A stretch of DNA of 64,000 bases from positions 1-64,000 of the forward strand of contig CAVSLC010000018.1 of the NCBI GenBank assembly GCA_963728565.1, given 5' to 3'. This stretch comes from an uncultured delta proteobacterium (lineage in GTDB: Bacteria; Desulfobacterota; Binatia; UBA9968). Numbering within the stretch: the stretch's first letter is position 1; each line of letters starts with the position of its first letter. The notes under the pieces are model-generated. The model had not been told where the DNA came from and searched no databases. It was given only the letters and a program-made list of their open reading frames with translations. This document shows, one piece after another, positions 36,305 through 46,564 of the stretch. Made by a program: the position numbers and the translations under genes.

Positions 36305-37312
36305 TTACCTACCTGCCGATGCACCGAATATGCGCGGAAAGAGCTTTCTCACATTGCCCTCGGTAATTTTGTATCTCTCTTCCTGGGTGAGCCAATCAAT
36401 TTCCTGAAAAATCGGCACGAGGTCCTCGAAGTTTCTGCCGGTCATGGGATCGATGGCATTAACGGCGCCGAACATCTCAGTGGCAAAAAGCACGTTATCG
36501 GCGCCTACCCGCTTGATTAGAAGCTCCATCGATTCTTTGTCGTAGATCGCCATGTCCCAATAAACTCGCCGCGCCGCTTCCTCGAACGGCTCAAGCCCTT
36601 CCTTTACGTGCATGCCGCGATTGCGATTCCATTGGTACGGGACGGCGCCGCCGCCGTGCGGAATGATGATCTTTAATTTTGGAAAATCTTTGAACACGCT
36701 GGATTTGAGCAGCTCGATGGCGGCCGAGTTGTGATGAGCAAGATAATAAGAATTTGTAAGATGCATTGCCGGATTGAGCGAAGCGCTGGCATGGATCGTA
36801 CACGGCACGTCGAGTTCGACCATCTTTTCCCACAGGGGATACCACCAGTCACTGCCGAGAGAAGGCGTCAGAGGTTCGCGTCCCCCGGCAACATCGGGGT
36901 TAACGTTGCAACCGACGAATCCCAATTCTTTAACGCAACGGTCAAGTTCATCGACCCATTCCTTCGGGCTGACATCCGGCGATTGCGGCAACTGGCATAC
37001 GGCGGAAATCTTATCCGGCCATAACCGCGCAACGCGCGCGATGAGATCGTTGCACGCCTCTGTCCAGTAGCGGCTAACGAGGGGCGAGCCGAAATGATGG
37101 CCCATCGCGGAGGCTTGGGGAGAAAACAGAAGCCGATCGATACCGGATTCTTTCATTCGCTTGAACTGACCTTCCATTGAGCGTGCCAGAACCTCATCGC
37201 TGATCTGTAACTTTGCTGGTATGGGCTTCCCTAGATGCGTGATCTGCTGGCCGCGGTACGCCTGCAGCTGCGCTGGAGCAGTGGTGTAGTGGGTGTGGGC
37301 ATCGATGATCAT
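36305..37312 (-). CDS. Amidohydrolase, LigJ-like (4-oxalomesaconate hydratase family)
   Basis: IIDAHTHYTTAP, MGHH, LPQSP, PHGGGAVPY, FATEM. Confidence 0.8.
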   Translation of the reverse strand: MIIDAHTHYTTAPAQLQAYRGQQITHLGKPIPAKLQISDEVLARSMEGQFKRMKESGIDRLLFSPQASAMGHHFGSPLVSRYWTEACNDLIARVARLWPDKISAVCQLPQSPDVSPKEWVDELDRCVKELGFVGCNVNPDVAGGREPLTPSLGSDWWYPLWEKMVELDVPCTIHASASLNPAMHLTNSYYLAHHNSAAIELLKSSVFKDFPKLKIIIPHGGGAVPYQWNRNRGMHVKEGLEPFEEAARRVYWDMAIYDKESMELLIKRVGADNVLFATEMFGAVNAIDPMTGRNFEDLVPIFQEIDWLTQEERYKITEGNVRKLFPRIFGASAGR

Positions 37313-37416
37313 GAGGTGGCTCCTTCCTATATTTTCCAAAGGCGAATCGGTTTGTCTGACATAGAGCCCTTTGCTATACAACTGGCGCAAGCAACGATAC
37401 CAAGGAGTACGGTGTC

Positions 37417-38285
37417 ATGTCAGACATACCCCGCTTAAACGGCGTAATCAAAGCCCTCGAGCAAGGCCATACCGCCTTCGTTTCATTTTGCCCGGTCGAT
37501 ATCGAAAGTGCCGTCGCCATGGCGGGATCGCAGCTCGATGGCGTCGCATTTGAAATGGAGCATGGCCCCCTCGATTTCCCCGGTTTACGCCAGGCTCTGC
37601 AGTTCATGCTCGACCGGCGTCAGATCGTCGAACAAGCAACGTTAGCTCCCGCGGTCACGCCTATGGTGCGTATTCCGCCCAACGGCGGCGAGCACAATCA
37701 ATGGATCGCTAAGCAGGTGCTCGATATCGGCGTTTTTGGAATCATTTTCCCGCACGTCAGCTCTGTCGAGGAGGCCTGGAACGCCGTGTGCGCATGCCGC
37801 TATCCGCGTCTCGCTACAGTTCCGCGCTACGACCCAGCCGGAATTCGCGGTGACGCGCCGGCGCGAGCGGCGCGCTATTGGGGTTTAACCCAACAGGAGT
37901 ATTACCAACGGGCCGACGTGTGGCCATTGGCACCGCACGGAGAAATTCTCGTCATCATTCAATGCGAAGATACGCGCGCCATCGATAATCTTCCGAAGAT
38001 TCTCAAGGAGGTGCCCGGCATCGGCGTTGTTTTGATAGGCGAAGGCGATTTAAGCCAGGAGTTGGGCCATCCGAGAATTACGAGCATCCGGTTGTGGCGG
38101 ACGCGATCGATAACATTCTCAAAATTTGCAAGGAGCACAACGTACCGTGCGGCCATCCTCACCCAGACTCGCATAATATTGAGCGGCTGGTCGCCTGCGG
38201 CTATCGCTTCCTGATGCCGTCTGCGCCGCGATCCTTCAATGTTCTCGAACTTGGCCGCAAGCTCGCCGGCAGAACTGCCGGTTGA
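37417..38285 (+). CDS. HpcH/HpaI aldolase family protein (frameshift near 38075)
   Basis: FEMEHGP, VRIP, CRYP, IGEGDLS. Confidence 0.85.
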
Positions 38286-38375
38286 ATCTCGTCGATAAAA
38301 AATAAAACTGTGCAGTTCAATATATCTGACTGATTGACCGCAAGAGCTTGCTATAAGAGACGTTGCTTGAGGATT

Positions 38376-38637
38376 GCCCATAAGGGACGTGAAGGACGAG
38401 GCACTTTGCGCGGCCGCCAGTCTTGATAAACTCGCTCAGAGGAATTCGAAGGCCGAAAATCCCAGCGCCTGCAACTGGCTGCTGATTCGAGGGCAGCCGT
38501 GATTCATGATTACATTTTTCTCCACCACAATATTGCTCTTGAGCCAGTAAGTATCTGCTCGGGCGACTGCGATTCATCCCGGGATTGATCTCGTACTCGA
38601 TGCCGTAAAAGGCAGGCGGGCACATCAACATCCCCAT
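38376..38637 (-). pseudogene. Amidinotransferase/DDAH remnant with internal deletion
   Basis: N-terminal LMCPP..YEINP joined closely to C-terminal LSEFIKTGG.AKCL. Confidence 0.55.
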
Positions 38638-38790
38638 ATGAATATTTTACCGCCCTATCGTTCGGGAGAGACGAAAGCGGCCACATCTAACGGAATCGCA
38701 CCTACGATCAGGTCTACGTTGACAGCGGATTCTTATGTGATAAGAGGCACGACATCTTGCTGAAGGCAGGCTGCCTGCTGGGGTGACAAC

Positions 38791-39156
38791 ATGAGACTAC
38801 TACGTCGGCTGATTCGTGGCCTGCTTGCATTAACGATTTGTCTGATTTCCGTTCCGCAAAAACTAAATTCTCACGGCGGAGACCCTGACCTGATTCACGC
38901 CTGCATCAACGATAAGGGGATCGTTCGGATTGTTCGTCCCAAGGATGAATGTGCCAGATCGGAAACGGCGCGTCACTGGATACGAGTTCGACCGGGGGAG
39001 AAGCCGCCGCGCGACCGCAATGTGTCCGACGGCAAGTTAGCGTCGGTAGAGTTGTTGGACTTAGCCGTAGGTCTCGCATACACCCGGCGCGGGCTCGCGG
39101 AAAGTAAGCTGTTGTTCGCGGAACCATCGCGGAGCTTGCCACTTCCCAGTGACTGA
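38791..39156 (+). CDS. Secreted hypothetical protein, possibly truncated
   Basis: Signal peptide; HGGD..IHAC...G.VRIV....C...E....W. Confidence 0.5.
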   Translation: MRLLRRLIRGLLALTICLISVPQKLNSHGGDPDLIHACINDKGIVRIVRPKDECARSETARHWIRVRPGEKPPRDRNVSDGKLASVELLDLAVGLAYTRRGLAESKLLFAEPSRSLPLPSD

Positions 39157-39375
39157 GCTCGATGATACCTCGCGCCCCCGCGTTCGGAATAGCGCTATCT
39201 TCGGATAGTAGTTTTTTGGCGGCGCTTATGGCCCCTGCGGCCTTAAACTTATGCTGACGCGGCTAAGATTATCGAGCGCGCAGGATAAACACTGCCGTCC
39301 CGCCCCTCGTTTGTTTACACAGATCCGGGTTTCGAATAATACATCAGACATCTAGGCTCGACATTAGGAGGTGCC

Positions 39376-40406
39376 ATGATTTACACCCGCATTTGCGATT
39401 TGCTTGGCATCGTTCATCCGGTCGTTTTGGGGGGATGGGAACTGCGACCACCGCGCCGCTCGTCGCTGCCGTATCCAATGCCGGCGGTTTCGGTACTCTG
39501 GGCACGTCTGCCTTCAATGCCGCAACCCTTGATACGGAAATCGCGTCGATCCGTGAGCGAACCGAAAAGCCATTCGGCATCAATCATCTGCTCTTTCAAA
39601 TCCAGGAAGATATGTTCACGGTTACACTGAGCGCTAAACCGACGGTGGCCGCGTTTGCCTGGGCTCGCAGGGATCAGAACCTGCGTGAATATTTTCAGCG
39701 GGCTCACGATGTTGGATCTAGGGTCATGTACATGGCGGGTGAAGTTCCTGAAGCTCTCCGTGCCGCAGACGCCGGGGCGGATGTGATCGTGGCGCAGGGC
39801 ACAGAAGCCGGAGGGCATGTGGGTTGGATGGCGTCCCTGCCGCTGCTACCGATGATGGTCAAAGCCGTAGCGCCGTTACCAGTTCTCTGCGCGGGTGGCA
39901 TTGCCGATGGCCGCGGGCTTGCTGCGGTGCTGGCGCTTGGCGCCGAGGGCGTACTGCTCGGCACCCGTTTTATGGCCACGCCGGAGGCGCCGATTCACCC
40001 GAACTTCAAACAAGCGATTGTTGAAAGCGACGGTCACGACACCGTGCTGACGGAAATTCCTGATCTCGCCAGTCAGCGCGTCTGGCCCGGAGCAATGTCG
40101 CGAGCTCAGCGCAACCGTTTCATCGAGCGCTGGTCCGGACGCGAATGGGCGCTGCGACAGAATGCCCAGGACGTTGGCCGGCAGGTTGCGGCTGCCCGCG
40201 CTGCCGGCGATATCAATAATGCCTCGCTTTCCTTCGGTCAGGATGCGGGCTTGATCGGTTCCATCAAGAGCGTACGGGAAGTAATTCAAGACATCATCGG
40301 CGAGGCGGAGAATATCATCAAAGATCGATTGCCCGGCCTTGTGCGCCAGAGCGGAGAAGCGAACAAGTTAGATAGCGGCAAAAAGACTGCGTCAAAAGGT
40401 TCGTAG
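39376..40406 (+). CDS. Nitronate monooxygenase/FabK-like flavoenzyme (frameshift in G-run near 39430)
   Basis: AVSNAGGFG, QGTEAGGH, AGGIADGRG, LGTRF. Confidence 0.88.
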
Positions 40407-40547
40407 TAACCGCACCGATTTGCCTGGACGTTTGATGGGTGCGGGCGAGGCAGTGAAGAACAGTTCTTCGGCGGACAGAAGTTCAACACTGCGCTCTACC
40501 CGACGAGTGGCTTAAATACTCGCTGGTTCAGCTGAACATGGCAACGA

Positions 40548-40787
40548 TCAACGTGATCTAAAGGCCCCCCGGGTTTTACCTATTTTCAACCAATCAGGTG
40601 ACTCTTCCAAATGCGCCGACTGGCATCGTTCATCACGATGCTTTTGAATACAGCTCAAGCAGAAGCCGATCACCGGCGAATCAGCGATCTCCTCATAGTA
40701 GCGTAGCGGCCAATTCTCGCATTCTCTGCAGAAGTGCCAGATGTCGGTCAGGTTAGACTTTCGATAAAAGGTTCTCAAATCGGACAT
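40548..40787 (-). CDS. Small Cys-rich putative Zn-finger protein, paralog A
   Basis: WHFCRECENWP...FCLSC...C; AGGAG RBS. Confidence 0.7.
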   Translation of the reverse strand: MSDLRTFYRKSNLTDIWHFCRECENWPLRYYEEIADSPVIGFCLSCIQKHRDERCQSAHLEESPDWLKIGKTRGAFRSR

Positions 40788-40812
40788 GCGAGCTCCTGAT
40801 CAGCAGGGTCGA

Positions 40813-40998
40813 TTACGAGCCACAGGAGAATGGAGCGGCGATGCAATCAACGACTTTGCTCCAGCTTCCCGCCAGTTCATCGCCAATGTTAGTGCTTCTC
40901 ATGCCGCCCCAGAAAACCAGGGCCACCAGAAATACGATCAAGGTATATTCCATCAATCCCTGACCGCGCTCATTACGCAAGTTCTTTAGTGGTTTCAT
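40813..40998 (-). CDS. flp: Flp (type IVb/Tad) pilin, copy 1
   Basis: RNERG^QGLMEY followed by a hydrophobic helix. Confidence 0.85.
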   Translation of the reverse strand: MKPLKNLRNERGQGLMEYTLIVFLVALVFWGGMRSTNIGDELAGSWSKVVDCIAAPFSCGS

Positions 40999-41051
40999 GA
41001 CTTTCTCCTTTGTTGCTTTTGCGACGTTGTGGTATCACGACGCGGCATAGC

Positions 41052-41066
41052 GCAACTCTAATGCCA
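41052..41066 (-). promoter_or_regulatory. Sigma54 -24/-12 promoter
   Basis: TGGCATTAGAGTTGC (GG-N10-GC) upstream of flp copy 1. Confidence 0.8.
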
Positions 41067-41522
41067 CAAAGCAAGCTCTTGAGATGTTTGAAGACTTGGT
41101 GGTAGGGCAATTGTATTTTTGCCGACGTTGACAAAAATCAATTGAAGACTTGTCAGATTCGGCACCTGGGCGTGAGGATTAGCGTGCTTCGAGAAACTGT
41201 TAAGTAGCTTTACGCTGCGCTTGATACCGCAGGTTGTCTGAAAAATTGACCGGCTTCATTAGGAATGCTCCCGCTATGCTGGGAGATCGAGGCTTACACC
41301 TTGAAGCGAAATCAGGGTCGTAGAAAAATCTCTTTGTAAGCAGTGACCTTGAGGACCGCGCAGATCTAAAGGTTGGATATCAAAAGCATCATCGTACTCA
41401 CAAAGTAGCCGATAGCCGGCACCACCAGGACACTACTAATTCGCGGAGAGATCCGTTAATTGGTCATCAAACTCCAGCTCATCAGAGACTAGCATTTGGT
41501 CGCCATGCTCGTGAACTGCCAG

Positions 41523-42953
41523 TCAGCGCGGTGTCACCAGCGAGCCAGCCAAAGAATGGCCGGCAGAAAGCGCAGTCACTCTTTGCTTAAAGGAAGCTTT
41601 ATCGATTCCATATTCGCGCATCTTACGAGAAAGGGTGCGCACGCCGATCCGGCAGCTCTTTGCGGTGAGTCCGACGTTGCCGCCGAAATCATCGAGTTTT
41701 TGCGCCAGATACTCCTTTTCTTTTTCCTGCAGCCATTGGTTGAGCGGGGCGTTAAAGGCGTTGCCGCCGCTGCTTGGATGCGCCTCAAAGCTGACTTCCG
41801 GCAGATCGACGTGTTCGATGGTTCGGCCGGTGTTGAGAACGATGGCGCGCTCGAGAACATTTTGCAGTTCGCGAATGTTGCCCGGCCAGGAGTAGTCTAG
41901 CAGCCGACGCATCGCTTGCTTGGAAATCGAGGTGATCCCCTTGCCCGCGGCCACCGGATGGCGATGGAGAAAATCCTGAACCAATAGGGGAATATCCACC
42001 TTTCTCTGCTGTAACGGGATCAGGTGGATCGGGATGACATTTACCCGATAATAAAAATCCGAGCGCATTTTGCCTTCGGCGACAAGCTGCTTGAGCGGCA
42101 CATTGGTGGCCGTGATCACGCGCATGTCAACGTGGATATCGGCGCTGCCACCGAGCCGCTGAACCTTCTGATCTTCCAGCACCCGGAGCAATTTGCCCTG
42201 CATGACCACTGAGATGCTCTCGATCTCATCGAGAAACAAGGTGCCGCCGTGGGCTAGCTCAATCTTTCCTGCTTTGGCTTGTACCGCGCCGGTAAAGGCG
42301 CCGCGTTCGTATCCAAAAAGCTCGCTCTCGAGCAGGGATTCGGGAAAGCCGGCGCAGTTAATCGTGACAAACGGTTTGTCGCGCCGCCCGCTATGATAAT
42401 GAACCGCGCTGGCCACTAACTCCTTACCGGTGCCGGTTTCTCCTTCGATGGAGACCGTCATCTCGGTGGGCGCTACCATGCGGATGATTTCGAACATCCG
42501 ATGCATCTCGGCCGTTTTGCTGAGCATGCCGCCAAACTCAGAGCCATTCTTAAGACCCCGACGCAGATGGCGAATCTCCATGTAGACCCGGGTCTTCTCC
42601 AGAGCTAAACGCGTCGATTCCTGTACCGTGCCCAGATCGAACGGCTTGACCACAAAATCGGCCGCGCCAAGTTTAAGAACGTTTATCGCGATCTCGATAT
42701 TCGAATGCGCCGTGACTGCGATCACCGGAACATCAGGAGAATTCTCCTGAATGTGAGCTATCAGCTCGATACCGCTCATTCTCGGTAAATTGATCTCGGT
42801 AATGACGAAGTCTATGTTTCTCTCGGTCAGCAACCCTAAGGCTTCTTCACCCGAACTCACCCCGACAACGATATAACCGTTATCGAGATATAGCCGCATC
42901 ATGAGCTCACGGGCGACAACATCATCGTCAACCACAAGAAGTTTGGGTGTCAT
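41523..42953 (-). CDS. NtrC-family sigma54 activator (REC-AAA-HTH; start may be further upstream)
   Basis: LVVDDD, KPF, GETGTGKE, ELFG..GAFTGA, LFLDE, WPGNIREL. Confidence 0.93.
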   Translation of the reverse strand: MTPKLLVVDDDVVARELMMRLYLDNGYIVVGVSSGEEALGLLTERNIDFVITEINLPRMSGIELIAHIQENSPDVPVIAVTAHSNIEIAINVLKLGAADFVVKPFDLGTVQESTRLALEKTRVYMEIRHLRRGLKNGSEFGGMLSKTAEMHRMFEIIRMVAPTEMTVSIEGETGTGKELVASAVHYHSGRRDKPFVTINCAGFPESLLESELFGYERGAFTGAVQAKAGKIELAHGGTLFLDEIESISVVMQGKLLRVLEDQKVQRLGGSADIHVDMRVITATNVPLKQLVAEGKMRSDFYYRVNVIPIHLIPLQQRKVDIPLLVQDFLHRHPVAAGKGITSISKQAMRRLLDYSWPGNIRELQNVLERAIVLNTGRTIEHVDLPEVSFEAHPSSGGNAFNAPLNQWLQEKEKEYLAQKLDDFGGNVGLTAKSCRIGVRTLSRKMREYGIDKASFKQRVTALSAGHSLAGSLVTPR

Positions 42954-43402
42954 TGCGTTCGCCGGAGGGCCGCTGATCAGGCGTGCAGGAGATGTACTTA
43001 TCATTTGATGTATTACCTTAGAATTGAAATATTTGTCATAGCACGACAAAAATACAGCGCTGTCAGCATCTGCAAGAAGCAATCCACAGCTGCCCTTAGA
43101 TCATTAAATAATAAATATTGTAGGATGATCAAAATCGAAAAACAGATACATATTAAGCGAGTCGAATCTAATTGACTGCACCAGCATGGCGTTACCATAA
43201 CATTCGCATCTCGCGAGGGAACTAATAAGCTCCTCGCGCCGCTATCGATTCCACGCCGGAATCAGTTACATAACTTGCTCAAAGACACAAAAGTTATAAG
43301 GTGGTGCCGAATCTGACAAGTCTTCAATTGATTTTTGTCAACGTCGGCAAAAATACAATTGCCTTACCTCCAAGTCTTCAAACATCTCAAGAGCTTACTT
43401 TG

Positions 43403-43417
43403 TGGCATTAGAGTTGC
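43403..43417 (+). promoter_or_regulatory. Sigma54 -24/-12 promoter
   Basis: TGGCATTAGAGTTGC; upstream dyad TGACAA...TTGTCA (43314-43340) as candidate UAS. Confidence 0.8.
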
Positions 43418-43471
43418 GCTATGCCGCGTCGTGATACCACAACGTCGTAAAAAGCAACAAAGGGGAAAGTC

Positions 43472-43657
43472 ATGAAACCACTAAAGAACTTGCGTAATGA
43501 GCGGGGTCAGGGATTGATGGAATATACCTTGATCGTATTTCTGGTGGCCCTGGTTTTCTGGGGCGGCATGAGAAGCACTAACATTGGCGATGAACTGGCG
43601 GGAAGCTGGAGCAAAGTCGTTGATTGCATCGCCGCTCCATTCTCCTGTGGCTCGTAA
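43472..43657 (+). CDS. flp: Flp pilin, copy 2 (protein identical to copy 1)
   Basis: Same 61-aa sequence. Confidence 0.85.
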   Translation: MKPLKNLRNERGQGLMEYTLIVFLVALVFWGGMRSTNIGDELAGSWSKVVDCIAAPFSCGS

Positions 43658-43682
43658 TCGACCCTGCTGATCAGGAGCTCGC

Positions 43683-43928
43683 ATGTCCGATTTGAGAACC
43701 TTTTATCGAAAGCTGCCGCACGAGAATGTATGGCACTTCTGCAGGAAATGCGAGAACTGGCCTCAGTTTGGATACGGTGAACGCGACGATACGGATCCCC
43801 ATTCGGTGATCTTCTGCTTCCGATGCATCGAGCATCATCGTACAAGCCCGTGCGAATGGCTTCACTTGGAATTGTCCCCGGATCCGCTGTCTCTGCGAAG
43901 CGTCAGAGGGGCGACCTCGTTTGTCTAA
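43683..43928 (+). CDS. Small Cys-rich putative Zn-finger protein, paralog B
   Basis: WHFCRKCENWP...FCFRC...C. Confidence 0.7.
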   Translation: MSDLRTFYRKLPHENVWHFCRKCENWPQFGYGERDDTDPHSVIFCFRCIEHHRTSPCEWLHLELSPDPLSLRSVRGATSFV

Positions 43929-43946
43929 AGCTATGAAGGAATTCCA

Positions 43947-44309
43947 ATGAAGAAGATTTTGATCGCCGATGACTATCCAGACATGCGTGAATTGCTGGGC
44001 AGACAGATAGAATCTCTGGGCTTCGTTCCAATTCTGGCTGAAAACGGTAAGGACGTTTTAGAGAAAGCTATCCGTGAGAAACCGCAGTTGATACTACTTG
44101 ATATGATCATGCCGATAATGGACGGTTGGGAAGCCGTCCGAAGTTTGCGGGCCAATCCTGAAACCAAGGACATACCGATTTTGGCAGCAACGGCGTTATT
44201 TCACCAATCGGATCTCAACACCTGCATAGAACAAGGTTGCGACGGCTACATCAATAAGCCGTTTACCATCGTGGAACTTAAAAAAAAGGTCGAGGAACTT
44301 ATTCGCTAA
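43947..44309 (+). CDS. Single-domain response regulator (DivK/CheY-like)
   Basis: LIADD, LLDMIMP, TA, KPF. Confidence 0.9.
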   Translation: MKKILIADDYPDMRELLGRQIESLGFVPILAENGKDVLEKAIREKPQLILLDMIMPIMDGWEAVRSLRANPETKDIPILAATALFHQSDLNTCIEQGCDGYINKPFTIVELKKKVEELIR

Positions 44310-44374
44310 ATGAACGGGCAACCGCGGGCGGTGTCCTGTGTTGCAGTGTATAGATAAACGATCGGCTACGAAGA

Positions 44375-45376
44375 TCATTTATAAAGCTTATCGACGAATC
44401 CTGACTTACCGAGTTCCATGAGTATGGAGTTGTCGATGAGACTTTCTGGCTTGGCCGCTTTGGCGTTCTGATGCGACGCGAAGTTAAGCATTGTTTGTAC
44501 GGCCGCAGCCGGGACCATGGGAAGCCGTTCCCAAGCGGGTACAAATGCTTGATAAGAACTTTCCAAGTCTGCCGCATCGGTTGTCTTGGTATACTTGCCG
44601 ATCATCTGTTTGGCGAAATCCGCGTCAGTGAGAGCGGTTTTAATGCCCTCGAGATATGCCTGCAAAAACCGCCGCGCTAAATCAGGATGGGTCTTGAGAT
44701 AATCTCTGGTTGTTGCTAGAGCCGCGTGGATCATTGGAATATTCTTCTCCGTCACATTCACCAGTTCTTTCAGTCCTGCGGTGCGCGCTTTCAAAGTTGT
44801 TGGCGCTGTAAAGATTCCCGCCACGGCGTTTCCCTGGTTTATTCCCGCCAAAATTTCCGGCATTCCCCTGAGATAAAGAAGCTTGACATCCTTTCCCGGC
44901 GCCAAACCCGATTGTTGGAGCAGCACACGGGCGGCGAAATCAGTGGTCGCGCCGGGCACGGTAACGCCCAGGACTTTGCCTTTTAGGTCGGACATCGAGT
45001 TGATCTCCGGCTTTGCATAGATCGACATCACGGCTCGATTGAGAATTCCCGCGATGAATACCACCGGCTCGCCATTCAATCCTGCTTCGACGATCTCACC
45101 GCCCGGATTGATAATATCAAGGTTCTTGGCCAGCAGTGCCTGAGTCGCGGTGGCCGGCGCGATGTATCGTAGGTCGACATTCAAGCCGTATTTAGTGAAT
45201 AAGCCTCTCTCCGTTGCAATCCACAACGGCGCGAAGGCGCCGCTAATGGCTGCATAGTTAGCGCGTACCAGGGGCATCTCAGCCGCGCGAGCTGCACCGG
45301 AACCGGTGAGAATGTAAAATAGTGACAGCAGAACTGCCGATCCGCAGGCTCGTACCGAGATTCTAATTACCCTCAT
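44375..45376 (-). CDS. NMT1/SsuA-type ABC substrate-binding protein
   Basis: PLWIATERGLFTKYGL, DLKGK. Confidence 0.85.
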   Translation of the reverse strand: MRVIRISVRACGSAVLLSLFYILTGSGAARAAEMPLVRANYAAISGAFAPLWIATERGLFTKYGLNVDLRYIAPATATQALLAKNLDIINPGGEIVEAGLNGEPVVFIAGILNRAVMSIYAKPEINSMSDLKGKVLGVTVPGATTDFAARVLLQQSGLAPGKDVKLLYLRGMPEILAGINQGNAVAGIFTAPTTLKARTAGLKELVNVTEKNIPMIHAALATTRDYLKTHPDLARRFLQAYLEGIKTALTDADFAKQMIGKYTKTTDAADLESSYQAFVPAWERLPMVPAAAVQTMLNFASHQNAKAAKPESLIDNSILMELGKSGFVDKLYK

Positions 45377-45509
45377 TTGGCCTCCGCGTTCCTAACGATC
45401 ATTTTATCTAAGCTCTATCACAAATCGGTTTCTCGTCAGTATTGCCATGAAACGTCAAGTCGCGATTTTTACCTGCAATCCAAGATGCGACTCGGGTGCA
45501 ATAACAGCA

Positions 45510-46508
45510 TTATTGCTTATATAATTGTTTGATAAAGCCGGTGGCTTCGATTTCTTGCACCAAACTCATATCGACGAACGCCTTAGGATCGGCCGTCGCC
45601 GCCTTTGGGTTTCGTGGCGCAAGGTCGTCCAGCATGGTTTTGACGCCATCCGGAGTGGGAAGCAAATTTTCCGGAAAAACGGAGACATAAGCTTGGTAGG
45701 CTCTTTCAAGACCTTCTGGATCGGTGAGCTTGAGATTTTTGCTGTAGATCGCCTTGGTTCCTTCTCTGTCGTTTTTGATGTAGTGAATGGCTTCCATCAT
45801 TGCGCGAGAAAATTTCGTCAACACCGCTCGATTTGACTTCACGGCCGACTCTTTGGCGAGAACAGCATTCCACCAGAACGGTATTTTTAATGACTGGATA
45901 TCGAACAGATCTTTGAACCCTAACTTCTCAGCTTCACGGACAAAAGGCTCCGGCATGATGCTGAACTGAATGATCCCGCGAGAAATCGCCGCCAGTCTCG
46001 CCGGATTGTCTCCGGCGGTAATAATCTTGACGTCTTTTTCCGGATCAATCCCCTTCCGGCGCAGCGCCAGCCGGAGCCCCAAATCCGAAGTGCTGCCGAG
46101 GCGGTTTACCCCGCCTGTCTTACCCTTTATCTGCTCGAGAGTCGTAACGCTCGGATGGGAGATGATGTGATCTAGGAAAGTCGGTACCATTCCTAGAATC
46201 ATCACGATATCGGCCCCTGCCAGGCGAGAGAGGGCGAGCGTAGTGACGGAAGTTACGATCACATCTACTTCGCCAGCAAGCAAAGCCTGTAGCGCAATCG
46301 GGCTTGCGGAAATACTGATCACCTCGCCGTTAAGTCCGTGTTTCTTGAGCAACCCTCTTTCTTGAACCACCCAAATCGGGCTATTTGCCGGACTCACTCC
46401 AGCCCAGGCGATCCGAATTCTTTCCTGTGCGAGGGCCTGATCTCTTTCACCTGAGAGAACGACCAGAGCAGTGAGTAAGACTAAAACAATCCGTCTTAAA
46501 GATGCCAT
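45510..46508 (-). CDS. NMT1/SsuA-type ABC substrate-binding protein
   Basis: PIWVVQERGLLKKHGL, GIDPEKDV. Confidence 0.85.
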   Translation of the reverse strand: MASLRRIVLVLLTALVVLSGERDQALAQERIRIAWAGVSPANSPIWVVQERGLLKKHGLNGEVISISASPIALQALLAGEVDVIVTSVTTLALSRLAGADIVMILGMVPTFLDHIISHPSVTTLEQIKGKTGGVNRLGSTSDLGLRLALRRKGIDPEKDVKIITAGDNPARLAAISRGIIQFSIMPEPFVREAEKLGFKDLFDIQSLKIPFWWNAVLAKESAVKSNRAVLTKFSRAMMEAIHYIKNDREGTKAIYSKNLKLTDPEGLERAYQAYVSVFPENLLPTPDGVKTMLDDLAPRNPKAATADPKAFVDMSLVQEIEATGFIKQLYKQ

Positions 46509-46564
46509 GATTTAAGCTCCCAACTTCAGTGATGTCACGCAGGTCGTGTTACATCGAAAAGCGC

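Larger units (their letters stand above)
40758..41166 (-). repeat. Left arm of ~410-bp inverted repeat
   Basis: Reverse complement of 43303-43712, with about 6 substitutions and 1 indel by eye. Confidence 0.95.
43303..43712 (+). repeat. Right arm of ~410-bp inverted repeat
   Basis: Matches the reverse complement of 40758-41166. Confidence 0.95.

Noticed and set aside
40758-43712. Composite transposon or IS inverted repeats
   Set aside because: The arms encode a promoter and pilin; there is no transposase and no evident target-site duplication.
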